Of a stretch of DNA of 64,000 bases, positions 54,689 to 64,000 are shown one piece after another. The translations under genes and the position numbers were made by a program. The stretch is from a virus. Under the pieces are notes generated by a model. It made no database searches, was not told the DNA's origin, and saw nothing but the letters and a program-made list of their open reading frames with translations. How positions within the stretch are numbered: the stretch's first letter is position 1; each line of letters opens with the position of its first letter. The stretch is from IMG/VR virus record IMGVR_UViG_3300043411_001170, positions 32,001-96,000 of that record; one strand, 5' to 3'.

Positions 54689-56494
54689 ATGACAGTTTTA
54701 CCTACAGGAACAGCGGGAGAAAGCAAGGTAGTTGCAACTATTAACGGTATAAGTAAAACTGCCAATACTAATGGTGTAGCTGGATCTGTTAGGGTAGGGA
54801 AGCCTGATAAAATATTAGAATCGAAGATGCATTCTAAATTTGCAACCATAGGAGCAGGTGGAGGAGGAAGTGGTTATGGTGGTATGTATGGTGCTGGATT
54901 CGGAAATTTATCAGGATCAGTGTCTTGGGGTAATGCAATTAATCCATATAGCCCAGAACTATCTACTGACTTTTTAGAATTACCAAACTCTCAGCAAGAA
55001 TTAAGAAATACTTGTAGATTTTTCTACGATAATGATGCCATTGTCGGACAAGCCATTGACTCCTTAACTGATATACCTCTCTTAAAGGTAAGAGTAGGGA
55101 TGCCAGAGGCTTTAAATGTAGAATTAGCGCGCAAAGCTATGAGATTTTGCGAGCGGTGGGTAAGATCCCAAAATTTATTAGAAAAATTAATTTGGATATT
55201 ACACGAAATTAACTTATTCGGTGAAGCTTTTATTTGGGTAGAAGATTCAGATAAAGAACTACCTCAAGATTTACTTTACGAAGAGATTGAAGAAATTCGT
55301 GAAAACGGTGAAAAAGTAACAATTAGGAATTTAAAGAATAACGCCAACGAGCTTCACGTTTCTTGGTTAAGAAAAAATTATAAGGGATGGACTAATCTTA
55401 CTGTATTACCTCCTCACCAAGTAAGAATGGAATCTTTTCCTTTTACGAGAAGAAGTCAGTTTGAATTTATTCCTGACTCAAAAGCAAGAAATGTAGTGTC
55501 ATTAGCTGAAAGCGGAGATACTTATGCCTCCAGAGTAGTTAATGATATGCCGAGAGAAATAGTAGAGTCCATAAGAAGTGGTAGGAACATACCTCTCAAT
55601 ACAGACCCTGATGCTGGGTCTTTCTGCTTTTATATGGCAAGAAAAAGAAGTGCCTATGCAGAAAGAGGAAAGTCAATAATCCAAAGAATTATTCGTCCTC
55701 TTACACATAGAGACAAATTAAGACAGGCTCAAGCATCTATTGCTTCAAGACATATGACTCCTATGCGTGTTATTCAAGCAGAAGGAGCAAGTGATGCTGA
55801 CTTAGATGTATTGAGAGAACACGTAGATCATGCTTTGTCTGATCCCGATTTTACAATTATTGTAAACTATGTAATAAATTGGGAGGAAATGAATTCAAAT
55901 GGAAGACTCCTAGATTTGGATTCTGAATATACGATGGCAGAAAGGCAGATGTACATTGGTCTGGGTGTTACTGAGTCTTTATTAAATGGAGAATCTTCTT
56001 ATCAAGAAAATAGTCTGTCCACACAATTATTATCTGCTAAATTTATGCATGTTCGGATGATGCTACAACACTTTGTAGAGCAGTATATCTTTCGTCCTAT
56101 GTGTGCTCGTATGGGATTTATTGAAGAAGATGAGGATGGACAAGAACATATTATCACACCAACACTTATGTTTAATCGTATGACTTGGAGAGATTCTCCT
56201 GATACAGCACAACAATTAATCACGTTATTTGAACGTGGTGCAGTAGATATTGACACCATACATGAATATTTCAATCTCGATACTCAAACAACGGTAGAGA
56301 GAATGAATAATAATATGTATACAATAAAAGATCCGTTCTTAGCTGAAGCATTGAGATCAATGGCATCTTCTATTGGATCTGTCATGGCCGAAAAGACAAA
56401 TGCTTTGGATAAATACTCTAAAGCAGCCCTATTGTCTATTCTTGCTGATAGCGTAGATCCACGATTTGCCCCACCACCGGGCGGCGGTCTATAA
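54689..56494 (+). CDS. Portal protein
   Basis: RFFYDNDAIVGQAIDSLTDIP, NLFGEAF, RGKSII, IGLGVTESLLNGE; position after TerL. Confidence 0.85.
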   Translation: MTVLPTGTAGESKVVATINGISKTANTNGVAGSVRVGKPDKILESKMHSKFATIGAGGGGSGYGGMYGAGFGNLSGSVSWGNAINPYSPELSTDFLELPNSQQELRNTCRFFYDNDAIVGQAIDSLTDIPLLKVRVGMPEALNVELARKAMRFCERWVRSQNLLEKLIWILHEINLFGEAFIWVEDSDKELPQDLLYEEIEEIRENGEKVTIRNLKNNANELHVSWLRKNYKGWTNLTVLPPHQVRMESFPFTRRSQFEFIPDSKARNVVSLAESGDTYASRVVNDMPREIVESIRSGRNIPLNTDPDAGSFCFYMARKRSAYAERGKSIIQRIIRPLTHRDKLRQAQASIASRHMTPMRVIQAEGASDADLDVLREHVDHALSDPDFTIIVNYVINWEEMNSNGRLLDLDSEYTMAERQMYIGLGVTESLLNGESSYQENSLSTQLLSAKFMHVRMMLQHFVEQYIFRPMCARMGFIEEDEDGQEHIITPTLMFNRMTWRDSPDTAQQLITLFERGAVDIDTIHEYFNLDTQTTVERMNNNMYTIKDPFLAEALRSMASSIGSVMAEKTNALDKYSKAALLSILADSVDPRFAPPPGGGL

Positions 56495-56584
56495 AAATAA
56501 TGCGCTATTAGCTCTATAATACTTTAATATAGATACTATCTATTGTGAGATACCTTTATATTCAGCATCTAATGGTACTAAACT

Positions 56585-58012
56585 ATGATTATTAAAAGAG
56601 CTAGAGCGAAGGGGTTTTCGCCCGACGTACAAATAAAAAAATGGTCAGGAATCCCAAATGTAAAAACAGCTTCTGTTTCTACGAAGGATATTACTAGACA
56701 AGCCTCTGAGATTTTAAATGATTACTGTGATCCAGAGAATTATTTATTCTCGCACGTCACTGTAGTCTGTTCTGTAGATACTAATCCTATGGATGTTCAG
56801 ATTGGCCCCAATGTCGTAAATGAAGGGCTAGTTATAAATCGTAAGTATAAAGAATACGATATCCAAGCTAACTGTCAGAAATTTATAAATAATAATAAAG
56901 ATGCATGGGAACGAGATCTCCTATTACAATGCTATAAAACATTCGTTGGTGCCCATAATTTCTGCGAGCACCTGCAAATTGAAGAACAAAGCAAGGGTAA
57001 AATCGTAGATGCAGTAGCCAGAGATATCGGTGAAAGTGTTTATGTAGATATTTTAATTGCTACAGCGAAAAAACATACAGAACTTATTAAAGCTATCAAA
57101 GAAAGAAGAATTAATGCTGTCTCTATGGGATGCTCTGTATTAGAGACACAGTGTACAAAGTGTGGAAATACATCTCCTGATGAAGCCCATATGTGCCGAC
57201 ACATCACAATGATGAAAGGCCAGAAGTTTGAGGGTCCAGATGGAAAGGAGAGAATGATAGCTGAACTGTGTGGAAATAAGGCTATGGAGCCACATGGGGG
57301 AGTTAGATTTATAGAAGCATCTTGGGTAAAGGTTCCTGCATTTAAGGGTGCAGTTCTTCGTAATATTATAGATCTGTCAGAAATTAATGGAGACAGATTA
57401 AAGAAAGTAGCATCTGATTTAAAAATGTTGAAAAATCCGACATGGAATCCCGCAGATACTTCTAGAATTGTTAACTCATTAGTTTTGAATGGTATGATGA
57501 AATTAGCAGCAGCAGAGGATGAAGGTTTTTCACCTGCACAAACAGAAATTTCGGATGGTGAAGAAAATCCATTGGAATCATTAGAAAGAGAAATGATGAA
57601 GGTCGTTATTAAGAATGTAAAGTCAAAATTAATGGATGTTTTAAGTCCTCCAAAAGATACAAATTATTCTACTCTCGTCACTCCAATGGGGAGTAATAAT
57701 AATATCGTAAGAGTAGGATCTGAGATAGATGAATTAGAGTCATTGTATAATTCTGGATTATCAGCCATCACAAATTTATGCAAAACAAATAAATCTAGAA
57801 TCAGATACTCTAAAATCTACAATGACTATTTCGGAATACATATTCCAAAATGGATTTATGTTGCTTGTAATAAGCTGGGACCGTTAGTTCGTTATACAAG
57901 TCCTATGTCATATATCTCAGTATGCGAAAAAGTATTAAATAGGAGACTATCAATAGATGAAATTGATGCCCTGTTAAAAATATCGTCTATTCTTCGGGAA
58001 GACATCTATTAA
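56585..58012 (+). CDS. Prohead maturation protease
   Basis: NNNKDAW, NFCEH, KGKIVDA, AVSMGC, CTKCG...CRH, FIEASWVKVPA; between portal and scaffold. Confidence 0.8.
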   Translation: MIIKRARAKGFSPDVQIKKWSGIPNVKTASVSTKDITRQASEILNDYCDPENYLFSHVTVVCSVDTNPMDVQIGPNVVNEGLVINRKYKEYDIQANCQKFINNNKDAWERDLLLQCYKTFVGAHNFCEHLQIEEQSKGKIVDAVARDIGESVYVDILIATAKKHTELIKAIKERRINAVSMGCSVLETQCTKCGNTSPDEAHMCRHITMMKGQKFEGPDGKERMIAELCGNKAMEPHGGVRFIEASWVKVPAFKGAVLRNIIDLSEINGDRLKKVASDLKMLKNPTWNPADTSRIVNSLVLNGMMKLAAAEDEGFSPAQTEISDGEENPLESLEREMMKVVIKNVKSKLMDVLSPPKDTNYSTLVTPMGSNNNIVRVGSEIDELESLYNSGLSAITNLCKTNKSRIRYSKIYNDYFGIHIPKWIYVACNKLGPLVRYTSPMSYISVCEKVLNRRLSIDEIDALLKISSILREDIY

Positions 58013-58093
58013 TTTAATTAAGAGTTTAATATTTTGAGATTACTGAGGTCTACTTTTTAGTTTTATTACAAATTTCAGTTAGAGGTATACAAA

Positions 58094-59335
58094 ATGTCGA
58101 ATCCTAAGTTAGTCGCAATTCTAAAAAGAGCAGCTTTTTTGCACAAGGCTGCCAAGAGCATTTTAGGTGGTGATTCCGCAGAGAGAGATGAAGTTAAGGA
58201 TCTTGCTTATCGTCTATGGGAAGTTCCTAATGTTAAAATTGCATCTCTTGTAAAGAAAGCTTCTGAAATTAACGCAGAGGATTATGAAGATGAGGACGAA
58301 GATGAAGAAGCCTGTGGCTTGATGGCATCGGATGACGAGGATGAGGATTTCTTTGCCTCTGATGATGAAGATGATGACATGTTTGCAGGTGATGACAGTG
58401 AAGAGGATTGTGAAGATGATGAAGAAGACTGTGAGGACGATGAAGATACGGAAGCACTTGATGTTTATTCTATGCTAGACGAATTGGAAAATATGGATGA
58501 AGACGAACTATGTGCTTTATTGGAAGAAGAATTAGAGGCAGGTGATGACCGTTGTGCATCTGATGATGAAGATGAAGAGGATGATGAGGAAGAAGATAGT
58601 GAAGACGAAGAAGAGGAAGAAGACGAGGATGATAGTGAAGAAGATGAAGAGGAAGTAGATGAAGAGGAAGTAGATGAGGAAGAGGTTGACGAAGAAGATG
58701 AAGAAGATGAAAGCTCTAAAGAAGCATCTGAAGAAGAGATTTTCTCAAGAATTAGCTCTGATGACAGAGATATTTTATCTTTTATGGACCATGAAGATGT
58801 AGATGCTTTTGCAGAAGGTGAGCCTGATGAAGAGTTAGAACAGGCGTTAGCTTCTGGTTGTGGATCTAGAAATAAGAAAGCTTCCCAAGAAGATGATTTA
58901 TTTTTCGATGAAGAACAATTAGAAAAGGATATTACGTCATCCATTTCTAAGAAAGCTTCTCAAGAGACAGCAGAAAATCAATTCCACTTTGATAGTTCTT
59001 ATGAAGGTCAAGATTTCTATGGTGCTGAAAGTAACTCCATGATTGATGACTTTTTAAATGGGGATTTAGAAACAAAGATGGAAGTTCGTTCTGCAATTAA
59101 TAAATCAGCAAGTCAAAAAGATTATGTTGCCGAGTCTCCTATTACAATGGACGGTGTAGATGATCCTATGGCACCTATTGCTGTCACTGAAAGACCTCGT
59201 GTTAAGAAAGCTAGTGCAGGTGCAAAAAGTTTAGGAACTGTATTCTCTGGTTCGTCCGAACAAGAAGAAATTAAAATGTTAGAGAAACTATGGACCAAAA
59301 AACCTGATATTACCAAGCTAATCAATGGTGATTAA
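58094..59335 (+). CDS. Highly acidic scaffolding-like protein
   Basis: Long D/E tracts, repeated KKAS motifs, position between protease and capsid genes. Confidence 0.65.
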   Translation: MSNPKLVAILKRAAFLHKAAKSILGGDSAERDEVKDLAYRLWEVPNVKIASLVKKASEINAEDYEDEDEDEEACGLMASDDEDEDFFASDDEDDDMFAGDDSEEDCEDDEEDCEDDEDTEALDVYSMLDELENMDEDELCALLEEELEAGDDRCASDDEDEEDDEEEDSEDEEEEEDEDDSEEDEEEVDEEEVDEEEVDEEDEEDESSKEASEEEIFSRISSDDRDILSFMDHEDVDAFAEGEPDEELEQALASGCGSRNKKASQEDDLFFDEEQLEKDITSSISKKASQETAENQFHFDSSYEGQDFYGAESNSMIDDFLNGDLETKMEVRSAINKSASQKDYVAESPITMDGVDDPMAPIAVTERPRVKKASAGAKSLGTVFSGSSEQEEIKMLEKLWTKKPDITKLINGD

Positions 59336-59385
59336 TCGATATTAGGTGTAAAAATTAGGTTCTTAGGACATTATTAATAATTGAG

Positions 59386-59423
59386 AAAGGGAAGGCTAAA
59401 AACCTTCCCTTTTTTATTTTTTA
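59386..59423 (+). terminator. Intrinsic terminator
   Basis: AAAGGGAAGG-ctaaaaa-CCTTCCCTTT plus T tract. Confidence 0.8.
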
Positions 59424-59671
59424 CACTTGGAAGCAAATATTTTTTGCAAAAACCCGAAAAAAGGCCATTTTTTCGTTTTATATTTTTTATAAAACATAAA
59501 CAATAGAAGATTCAGTTTTGTATTTTATAATATAAAACCAAAACAAGGATCAGGTCAATACTTTTTGAATAATAATATTAATTTGGTTCTACTGATTTTC
59601 TGCATAAACAATGGGCACGGGTTGCCTGGACAGTGTAGAAATGAAAGTTTTATCATATTAGAGGTTAAAAA

Positions 59672-60358
59672 ATGCCAGCACCAGGAAATGCAAGTGGTAA
59701 CTTCACCGAAGGCTCATCTGCCCTTCGCGTTCTCTATAAGGGAACAATCAATACTGCAAGTGCAACTTTAAGCACAGATGGTTTTACACAAACAAATCCT
59801 CCAGTCGTAACAACTACTTCCACCATCTCCCAAGCTGCGATGATGAATCGTAATCGTCTTGGTGTATTGGGTGGTTCGGTTTGCTTTGCTCGTCCTGATG
59901 CAGGAAACGGCTTAGTAGGCGGTCCAAAAGAAGGTGCATCTCCTGTGTATCTTCGTTCGGGTATCGTCCCCCTTGGTCTTTTCGTGAATGATGCAGTAGG
60001 CGTTCCCTACGAAAACCGTCCTGCGGTTGCATCAGGTCAAGCACCCTATACCTCTTCGATGGGTACATACGGTTCTCGTTTATACGAGACTCAAGTACTC
60101 GATGCAACAAACGTAGCTGGTCACTCAACTGGTGACGCTATTGTTTATGTTGCTGGTGTAGGCTTGATTGCTTCTCGTAACGGTTATTTGATGCCTCGTT
60201 TGATTCCAAACGGTGCCAACATGACCTCTCTCGACCAAGTTGAAACTGCTGCACAGTCTGCAAATCTTGCTGCTGCAAACAGTTCAACTGTGATCGGTAT
60301 CCTCAAACTTGTTGCTGACTCTGCATTTGCAGAAATCCTCTTGGACCAACGTATCTAA
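59672..60358 (+). CDS. Head decoration/cement-like protein
   Basis: G/A/T-rich, PLGLFVNDA, immediately upstream of MCP, biased codon usage like MCP. Confidence 0.55.
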   Translation: MPAPGNASGNFTEGSSALRVLYKGTINTASATLSTDGFTQTNPPVVTTTSTISQAAMMNRNRLGVLGGSVCFARPDAGNGLVGGPKEGASPVYLRSGIVPLGLFVNDAVGVPYENRPAVASGQAPYTSSMGTYGSRLYETQVLDATNVAGHSTGDAIVYVAGVGLIASRNGYLMPRLIPNGANMTSLDQVETAAQSANLAAANSSTVIGILKLVADSAFAEILLDQRI

Positions 60359-60435
60359 TTAATTGTGATTAGAACATTTAACCAAGTAAACTAGTTATAA
60401 AGCAACTTAAAGAGATATAAGAGGTAAATATAGTC

Positions 60436-61317
60436 ATGGCACCAAATAATATCAGTACAGCATCAAAAGATCGTCTCCTCGGAGAATATCTTTACACTTC
60501 TCAGGGTCGTCAAAAAGTCGCTCAAAGCATGGGCACTTCTTTGCGTACCCAACGCGATTACACCTCCGTTGCACGTCGTGCCTTCTTAGTTGAGCAATTG
60601 CCTTCTGGTGCATTGCCCATCTACGACAAAGATCCCGATGTCACTGCCTATGTGGTTGGTGAAGAAGGCGATTCTATCGAAGCACGTGCCAAGAGCCGTC
60701 GTGTTCACTTCCCCATCTTTGAGATCGCAAGCGTTCCCGAAGTTTCGCTCTCTCAAGTACAAGAAAGACGTTATGACATCATCGAAAGATGCCAAACTCT
60801 TGCTGTAAGTGAGATCCAAGGAGCCGAAGACATTCGCGCTTTCGCAATCATGGACGCCATCGCCCTTCTTGGCTATGACTCCATTCCTGGTGGTGAAAAC
60901 CCCGACATCCCCGTCGTTGCACCTATTAACGTATCGGTTCTTGCTGATGCGTTCGGTCAAATTGGCCGCTTTGAATTGAACGTCACCAATATCTTTATCA
61001 ATCCTCGCGATTTTACAGATATTCGTAAGTTCGGTGAAGATTTCTTCTCTGACGAAATTCAGAGAGACATCGTTCGCTCTGGTCAAATCGGTAGCATCTG
61101 GGGTGCCAAGGTTATCCAATCCCGTAAGGTTCCTGAAGGTACTTGCTATCTTACTTGCGAACCTGAGTTCTTTGGTCGTATCCCCGTCCGTACTGAATTG
61201 ACAGTTATGGCCGCTGATACTCCTAAGTCCCGTATGGTTGGCTTCTCTTGCTTTGAAATGTTGGGAATCGGTGCTTACAACCCCCGTGGTTTAACCCGTA
61301 TCACCATCAGCCGCTAA
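60436..61317 (+). CDS. Major capsid protein (compact HK97 fold, encapsulin-like)
   Basis: LPSGALPIYDKD, FPIFEIASVPEV, IFINPRDFTDIR, GQIGSIWGAKVIQSRKVPEG; strong RBS and double hairpin downstream. Confidence 0.85.
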   Translation: MAPNNISTASKDRLLGEYLYTSQGRQKVAQSMGTSLRTQRDYTSVARRAFLVEQLPSGALPIYDKDPDVTAYVVGEEGDSIEARAKSRRVHFPIFEIASVPEVSLSQVQERRYDIIERCQTLAVSEIQGAEDIRAFAIMDAIALLGYDSIPGGENPDIPVVAPINVSVLADAFGQIGRFELNVTNIFINPRDFTDIRKFGEDFFSDEIQRDIVRSGQIGSIWGAKVIQSRKVPEGTCYLTCEPEFFGRIPVRTELTVMAADTPKSRMVGFSCFEMLGIGAYNPRGLTRITISR

Positions 61318-61392
61318 TTCGTTGTAGCCTAGAATCTCAAGATTCTAGGATACTAAATCTAGCAGATAGATAGTCAAATACGAAGAGTTTAA

Positions 61393-61435
61393 AAAATACC
61401 GAAGATTCCGAAAGGATCTTCGGTATTTTATTTTT
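61393..61435 (+). terminator. Intrinsic terminator after MCP (preceded by a second hairpin at 61328-61349)
   Basis: AAAATACCGAAGAT...ATCTTCGGTATTTT plus T tract. Confidence 0.8.
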
Positions 61436-61481
61436 GGCGTCCTGAAAAGGATATAAACCAAAAATAAAAGGGAACCATATT

Positions 61482-62078
61482 ATGACTACTGTAGAATTTC
61501 AGAAATTTGCACTGCGATTAGGAAAAACTGTAAACGAGTATCTTGATCAATTTCCTCTTAGAAGTTGGTTCTCGAAAAGAGAATTAACGAGAAAAGACTA
61601 CTTGGAAATAACCTATACTGAAAAAGTTCCATTATCAAGACTTATTGATAATAAATTGGAAAATGGGGGGACCGTTAATATGGATTTGTTTTATCAACAA
61701 ATCACAGAAGAAGTTTGCAATCAGATCGTGACTGATGAGTTACATTATTTAAAGTCTAAATTTGAACAAATTGCATCGAAAACAACACGAAAGAAACTCG
61801 CAGAGATATCTGATTTTTCTAAATACTATATTTTAGCAGGGAACGACGAAAGTATCCATAAATTCGGAGTATTAGATCAGAAATTCCATATTTATTATGG
61901 ATTACCTACAGAATCTATTTATTTGATCCCAACTGAGAATACAGGAGTATTGGAAATTCAGTCATTGTGTTCTACTTATAGTCCAGAACCTGCTAAGAGG
62001 ACTATGTGCTTTACATCTTACGAATTTGTTAATCTTATCTTAGAAAATCCAGAAGAAATAATCTGTCTATCTATTTAG
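61482..62078 (+). CDS. Divergent, shortened paralogue of the major capsid protein
   Basis: YLEITYTEKVPLSRL vs IFEIASVPEVSLSQV; LPTESIYLIPTENTG...KRTMCFTSYEFVNLILENPEEIICLSI vs VPEGTCYLTCEPEFFG...SRMVGFSCFEMLGIGAYNPRGLTRITI. Confidence 0.65.
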   Translation: MTTVEFQKFALRLGKTVNEYLDQFPLRSWFSKRELTRKDYLEITYTEKVPLSRLIDNKLENGGTVNMDLFYQQITEEVCNQIVTDELHYLKSKFEQIASKTTRKKLAEISDFSKYYILAGNDESIHKFGVLDQKFHIYYGLPTESIYLIPTENTGVLEIQSLCSTYSPEPAKRTMCFTSYEFVNLILENPEEIICLSI

Positions 62079-62133
62079 TTTTTTGATAGGGTAATTTTTC
62101 CCCTATCTGGGTTTACAATATTTGTTCTGTGAT

Positions 62134-62171
62134 AAGACGTTGGATTTTAAAATCCAACGTCTTTTATTTTT
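62134..62171 (+). terminator. Intrinsic terminator (30-bp perfect palindrome)
   Basis: AAGACGTTGGATTTTAAAATCCAACGTCTT plus T tract. Confidence 0.75.
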
Positions 62172-62270
62172 GTATAAAAGAATTTTCGGCTGTATAGTTT
62201 ATTTAACATAATAATTTTAGAATACATTTTTTAGTGTAGTTATCTGTAATTTTTTAGAGGTGAGATCTGT

Positions 62271-63044
62271 ATGCCGAACGAAGGAAATTTTACAGCCTAT
62301 GTCTGTGTGAAAGCTGTTTATGTCGGATTAAACGGTTCAAAATTGTCGAGAAAATTAAATATAGGAATGAAAGCTTTATTTGACGGGTCAACCGTTAAAT
62401 TTCTTGATTCAGGTGGGGGTATGGCCCCCAATCAAAGTTGGGGTTACAATGCCGAATTCTTTTATCCTCAATTCCAATTAGCTATTGATAATGGATTTTT
62501 CGTTGAGGATACTAATTATAAATATGAATTAGAAGTCTCTAAAAACAGTGTCATTACAGGTAAAAGATTAAAAAGACTAAACTTTACAGGCACTGGAGTC
62601 TTTACTTCATTAGATCCTAATGACAATGAAATCGTAAATATTTCAATACCTGGAGGTGGAGGGGGTGGAGGTTCTGGAGATCAGATCGTAAGTCCAAGCG
62701 GATATTTTAATTGTACTATAGATGTATTAGTCGGTGATTTAGTATATATCGACGGACCAGATTCAGTAGAAGTCTCAGATAGAACAATTATTAATACTAC
62801 GCCGTGTGTAGGTATTGTAATAGATAAACCAGCAGCCACATCAGCAACTGTTCTATTTTCTGGTAGATGTGATATATTTGCTGGATTAAGTCCAGGATCT
62901 CAATACTATTTGGGACCATTTGGGGCATTAGCATCTTCTCCTCCTATAGAAAACGGTGAAGTTTTTCAGAAGATTGGGGTAGCTGTTAATACTACTACTC
63001 TATGGGTAATTATAGATCCACCAATAATAACAGAAAGCGTTTAA
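62271..63044 (+). CDS. Probable virion structural protein with poly-Gly linker and capsid-cement-like C-domain
   Basis: LNFTGTGV, PGGGGGGGSG, VGDLVYI...GLSPGSQYYLG...QKIGVAV. Confidence 0.6.
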   Translation: MPNEGNFTAYVCVKAVYVGLNGSKLSRKLNIGMKALFDGSTVKFLDSGGGMAPNQSWGYNAEFFYPQFQLAIDNGFFVEDTNYKYELEVSKNSVITGKRLKRLNFTGTGVFTSLDPNDNEIVNISIPGGGGGGGSGDQIVSPSGYFNCTIDVLVGDLVYIDGPDSVEVSDRTIINTTPCVGIVIDKPAATSATVLFSGRCDIFAGLSPGSQYYLGPFGALASSPPIENGEVFQKIGVAVNTTTLWVIIDPPIITESV

Positions 63045-63056
63045 GGGTTATTATAT

Positions 63057-63533
63057 ATGAAATCTGTTTTTAAAATAAAAAAATCAAATAAATCTTTGAA
63101 AGATAAAGATAATAAAAATCGCCGTCTATTAAATAAAGAAGATAAAGAAAATAAAAATGACGAGGAGTCAGATGATAAAGATAGTAGTTCTGACATCCTA
63201 GTAAAAAGATATAAATTAACAAAAGAAGCAATTAATTTTGCTAGAGGTCCAATATTTAGATTTAGGATTGCTTTTTCCGTACTTTTAGATACAGGAGAAA
63301 CAACCATAAGACCTCAGAAAAAATGCCCTGTTATTGAAGCTGACGAAAATTGTATCTTGGAAACAAGTAATACAATGGCTCAAATAAGTATTGAAAATTT
63401 TATTCTTCCATCTAGAACTACGAGAAATGGAGATGGTATTCAGGGTGGAAATGAACATGCTTTTGTTGAATTATTAATTGATGAGCCTACTATGAGAGTA
63501 ATGAATTTAGACGATTTATATTTTAATACTTAA
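63057..63533 (+). CDS. Hypothetical protein
   Basis: 158-aa ORF. Confidence 0.65.
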   Translation: MKSVFKIKKSNKSLKDKDNKNRRLLNKEDKENKNDEESDDKDSSSDILVKRYKLTKEAINFARGPIFRFRIAFSVLLDTGETTIRPQKKCPVIEADENCILETSNTMAQISIENFILPSRTTRNGDGIQGGNEHAFVELLIDEPTMRVMNLDDLYFNT

Positions 63534-63562
63534 AAAATATATAAATAATGAGGTGTTATTAA

Positions 63563-64000
63563 ATGGCTATTCCATTAAAATTAGACTCAACTACTTTAAA
63601 GCAAAGACAATTCACCACTACAGATGATTTACAGATTGATGATATAATCAGGCGTGCAGGCTCTGGTAATATGACTATCGGTGGCAACTTAGGTGCCGCC
63701 GAAGAACTTCAATTAGGTTCTGCAACATCTGATGTTCGTATTTTAGGAGATCTTATTGTAGATGGTTCTTCAACAATATCAGTTGACGAAACTGTAGTTG
63801 GTACATTTACTGTAGAAGGCGATGTTAATCTAGGTGACGGTACAGGAGATACCATTAATTTAGGCGGTGGAACTTCTGATATTGTAAATTTGGAAGCAGA
63901 CTTAGTTTTAGGAGCAGGTATTGTTGGAATTGGTTCTTCTGTTACCGATTATCTATCAGATTTATGGCTAATAGCTGTAAATAATAATGGACCTAATAAT
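63563..64000 (+). CDS. Gly-rich tail-fibre-like protein, truncated by window end
   Basis: GAGGTG RBS; ATG at 63563 (MAIPLKLDSTTLKQRQF...GDLIVDGSST...VNLGDGTGD), open to the end; not in the ORF track. Confidence 0.7.
   Translation, partial: MAIPLKLDSTTLKQRQFTTTDDLQIDDIIRRAGSGNMTIGGNLGAAEELQLGSATSDVRILGDLIVDGSSTISVDETVVGTFTVEGDVNLGDGTGDTINLGGGTSDIVNLEADLVLGAGIVGIGSSVTDYLSDLWLIAVNNNGPNN

Noticed and set aside
58465-58944. Ser-rich minus ORF and GAR/GAY trinucleotide repeats
   Set aside because: Simply the reverse complement of the poly-Asp/Glu scaffold tract
59814-61119. Long antisense ORFs (104 and 177 aa) over decoration/MCP
   Set aside because: Expected by-product of the biased, higher-GC codon usage of these genes
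1-64000. Stop-codon reassignment, tRNA genes, inteins, transposases
   Set aside because: Genes tile densely in code 11 with TAG, TGA and TAA all used as stops; no cloverleaf, intein or transposase motifs noticed; TerL, RecA and portal have normal lengths

Overview
AT-rich segment of a large (jumbo-type) tailed dsDNA bacteriophage genome, almost entirely coded on the + strand in the standard genetic code. In order: (1) two giant coiled-coil-rich proteins (>2,686 aa, 5'-truncated, and 1,635 aa); (2) an HU-like protein, a C39 peptidase and a sigma-like factor; (3) a ~1.4-kb non-coding gap holding a candidate origin and a ~500-600 nt highly structured minus-strand RNA; (4) a bacterial-style replication/recombination block (delta', delta, IF-1, RecD-like helicase, SSB, RuvC, RecA, split SbcC/Rad50, SbcD, PD-(D/E)XK nuclease, beta clamp, primase, DnaX); (5) a wHTH-NusG fusion, a tandem sigma4 protein and an adenine MTase; (6) virion and head genes (GH25 lysin, terminase, portal, prohead protease, acidic scaffold, decoration protein, small HK97/encapsulin-like major capsid protein and a paralogue). 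Best leads: the large structured ncRNA, an E. coli-like -1 frameshift cassette in phage dnaX, an RNA pseudoknot in front of the SSB gene, a K-x-A(S) motif shared by scaffold, protease and the giant proteins, a possible sigma-factor module inside the giant protein, a Rad50 split at its zinc hook, and extra capsid-fold paralogues. All calls come from motif recognition by eye; no database searches were run.
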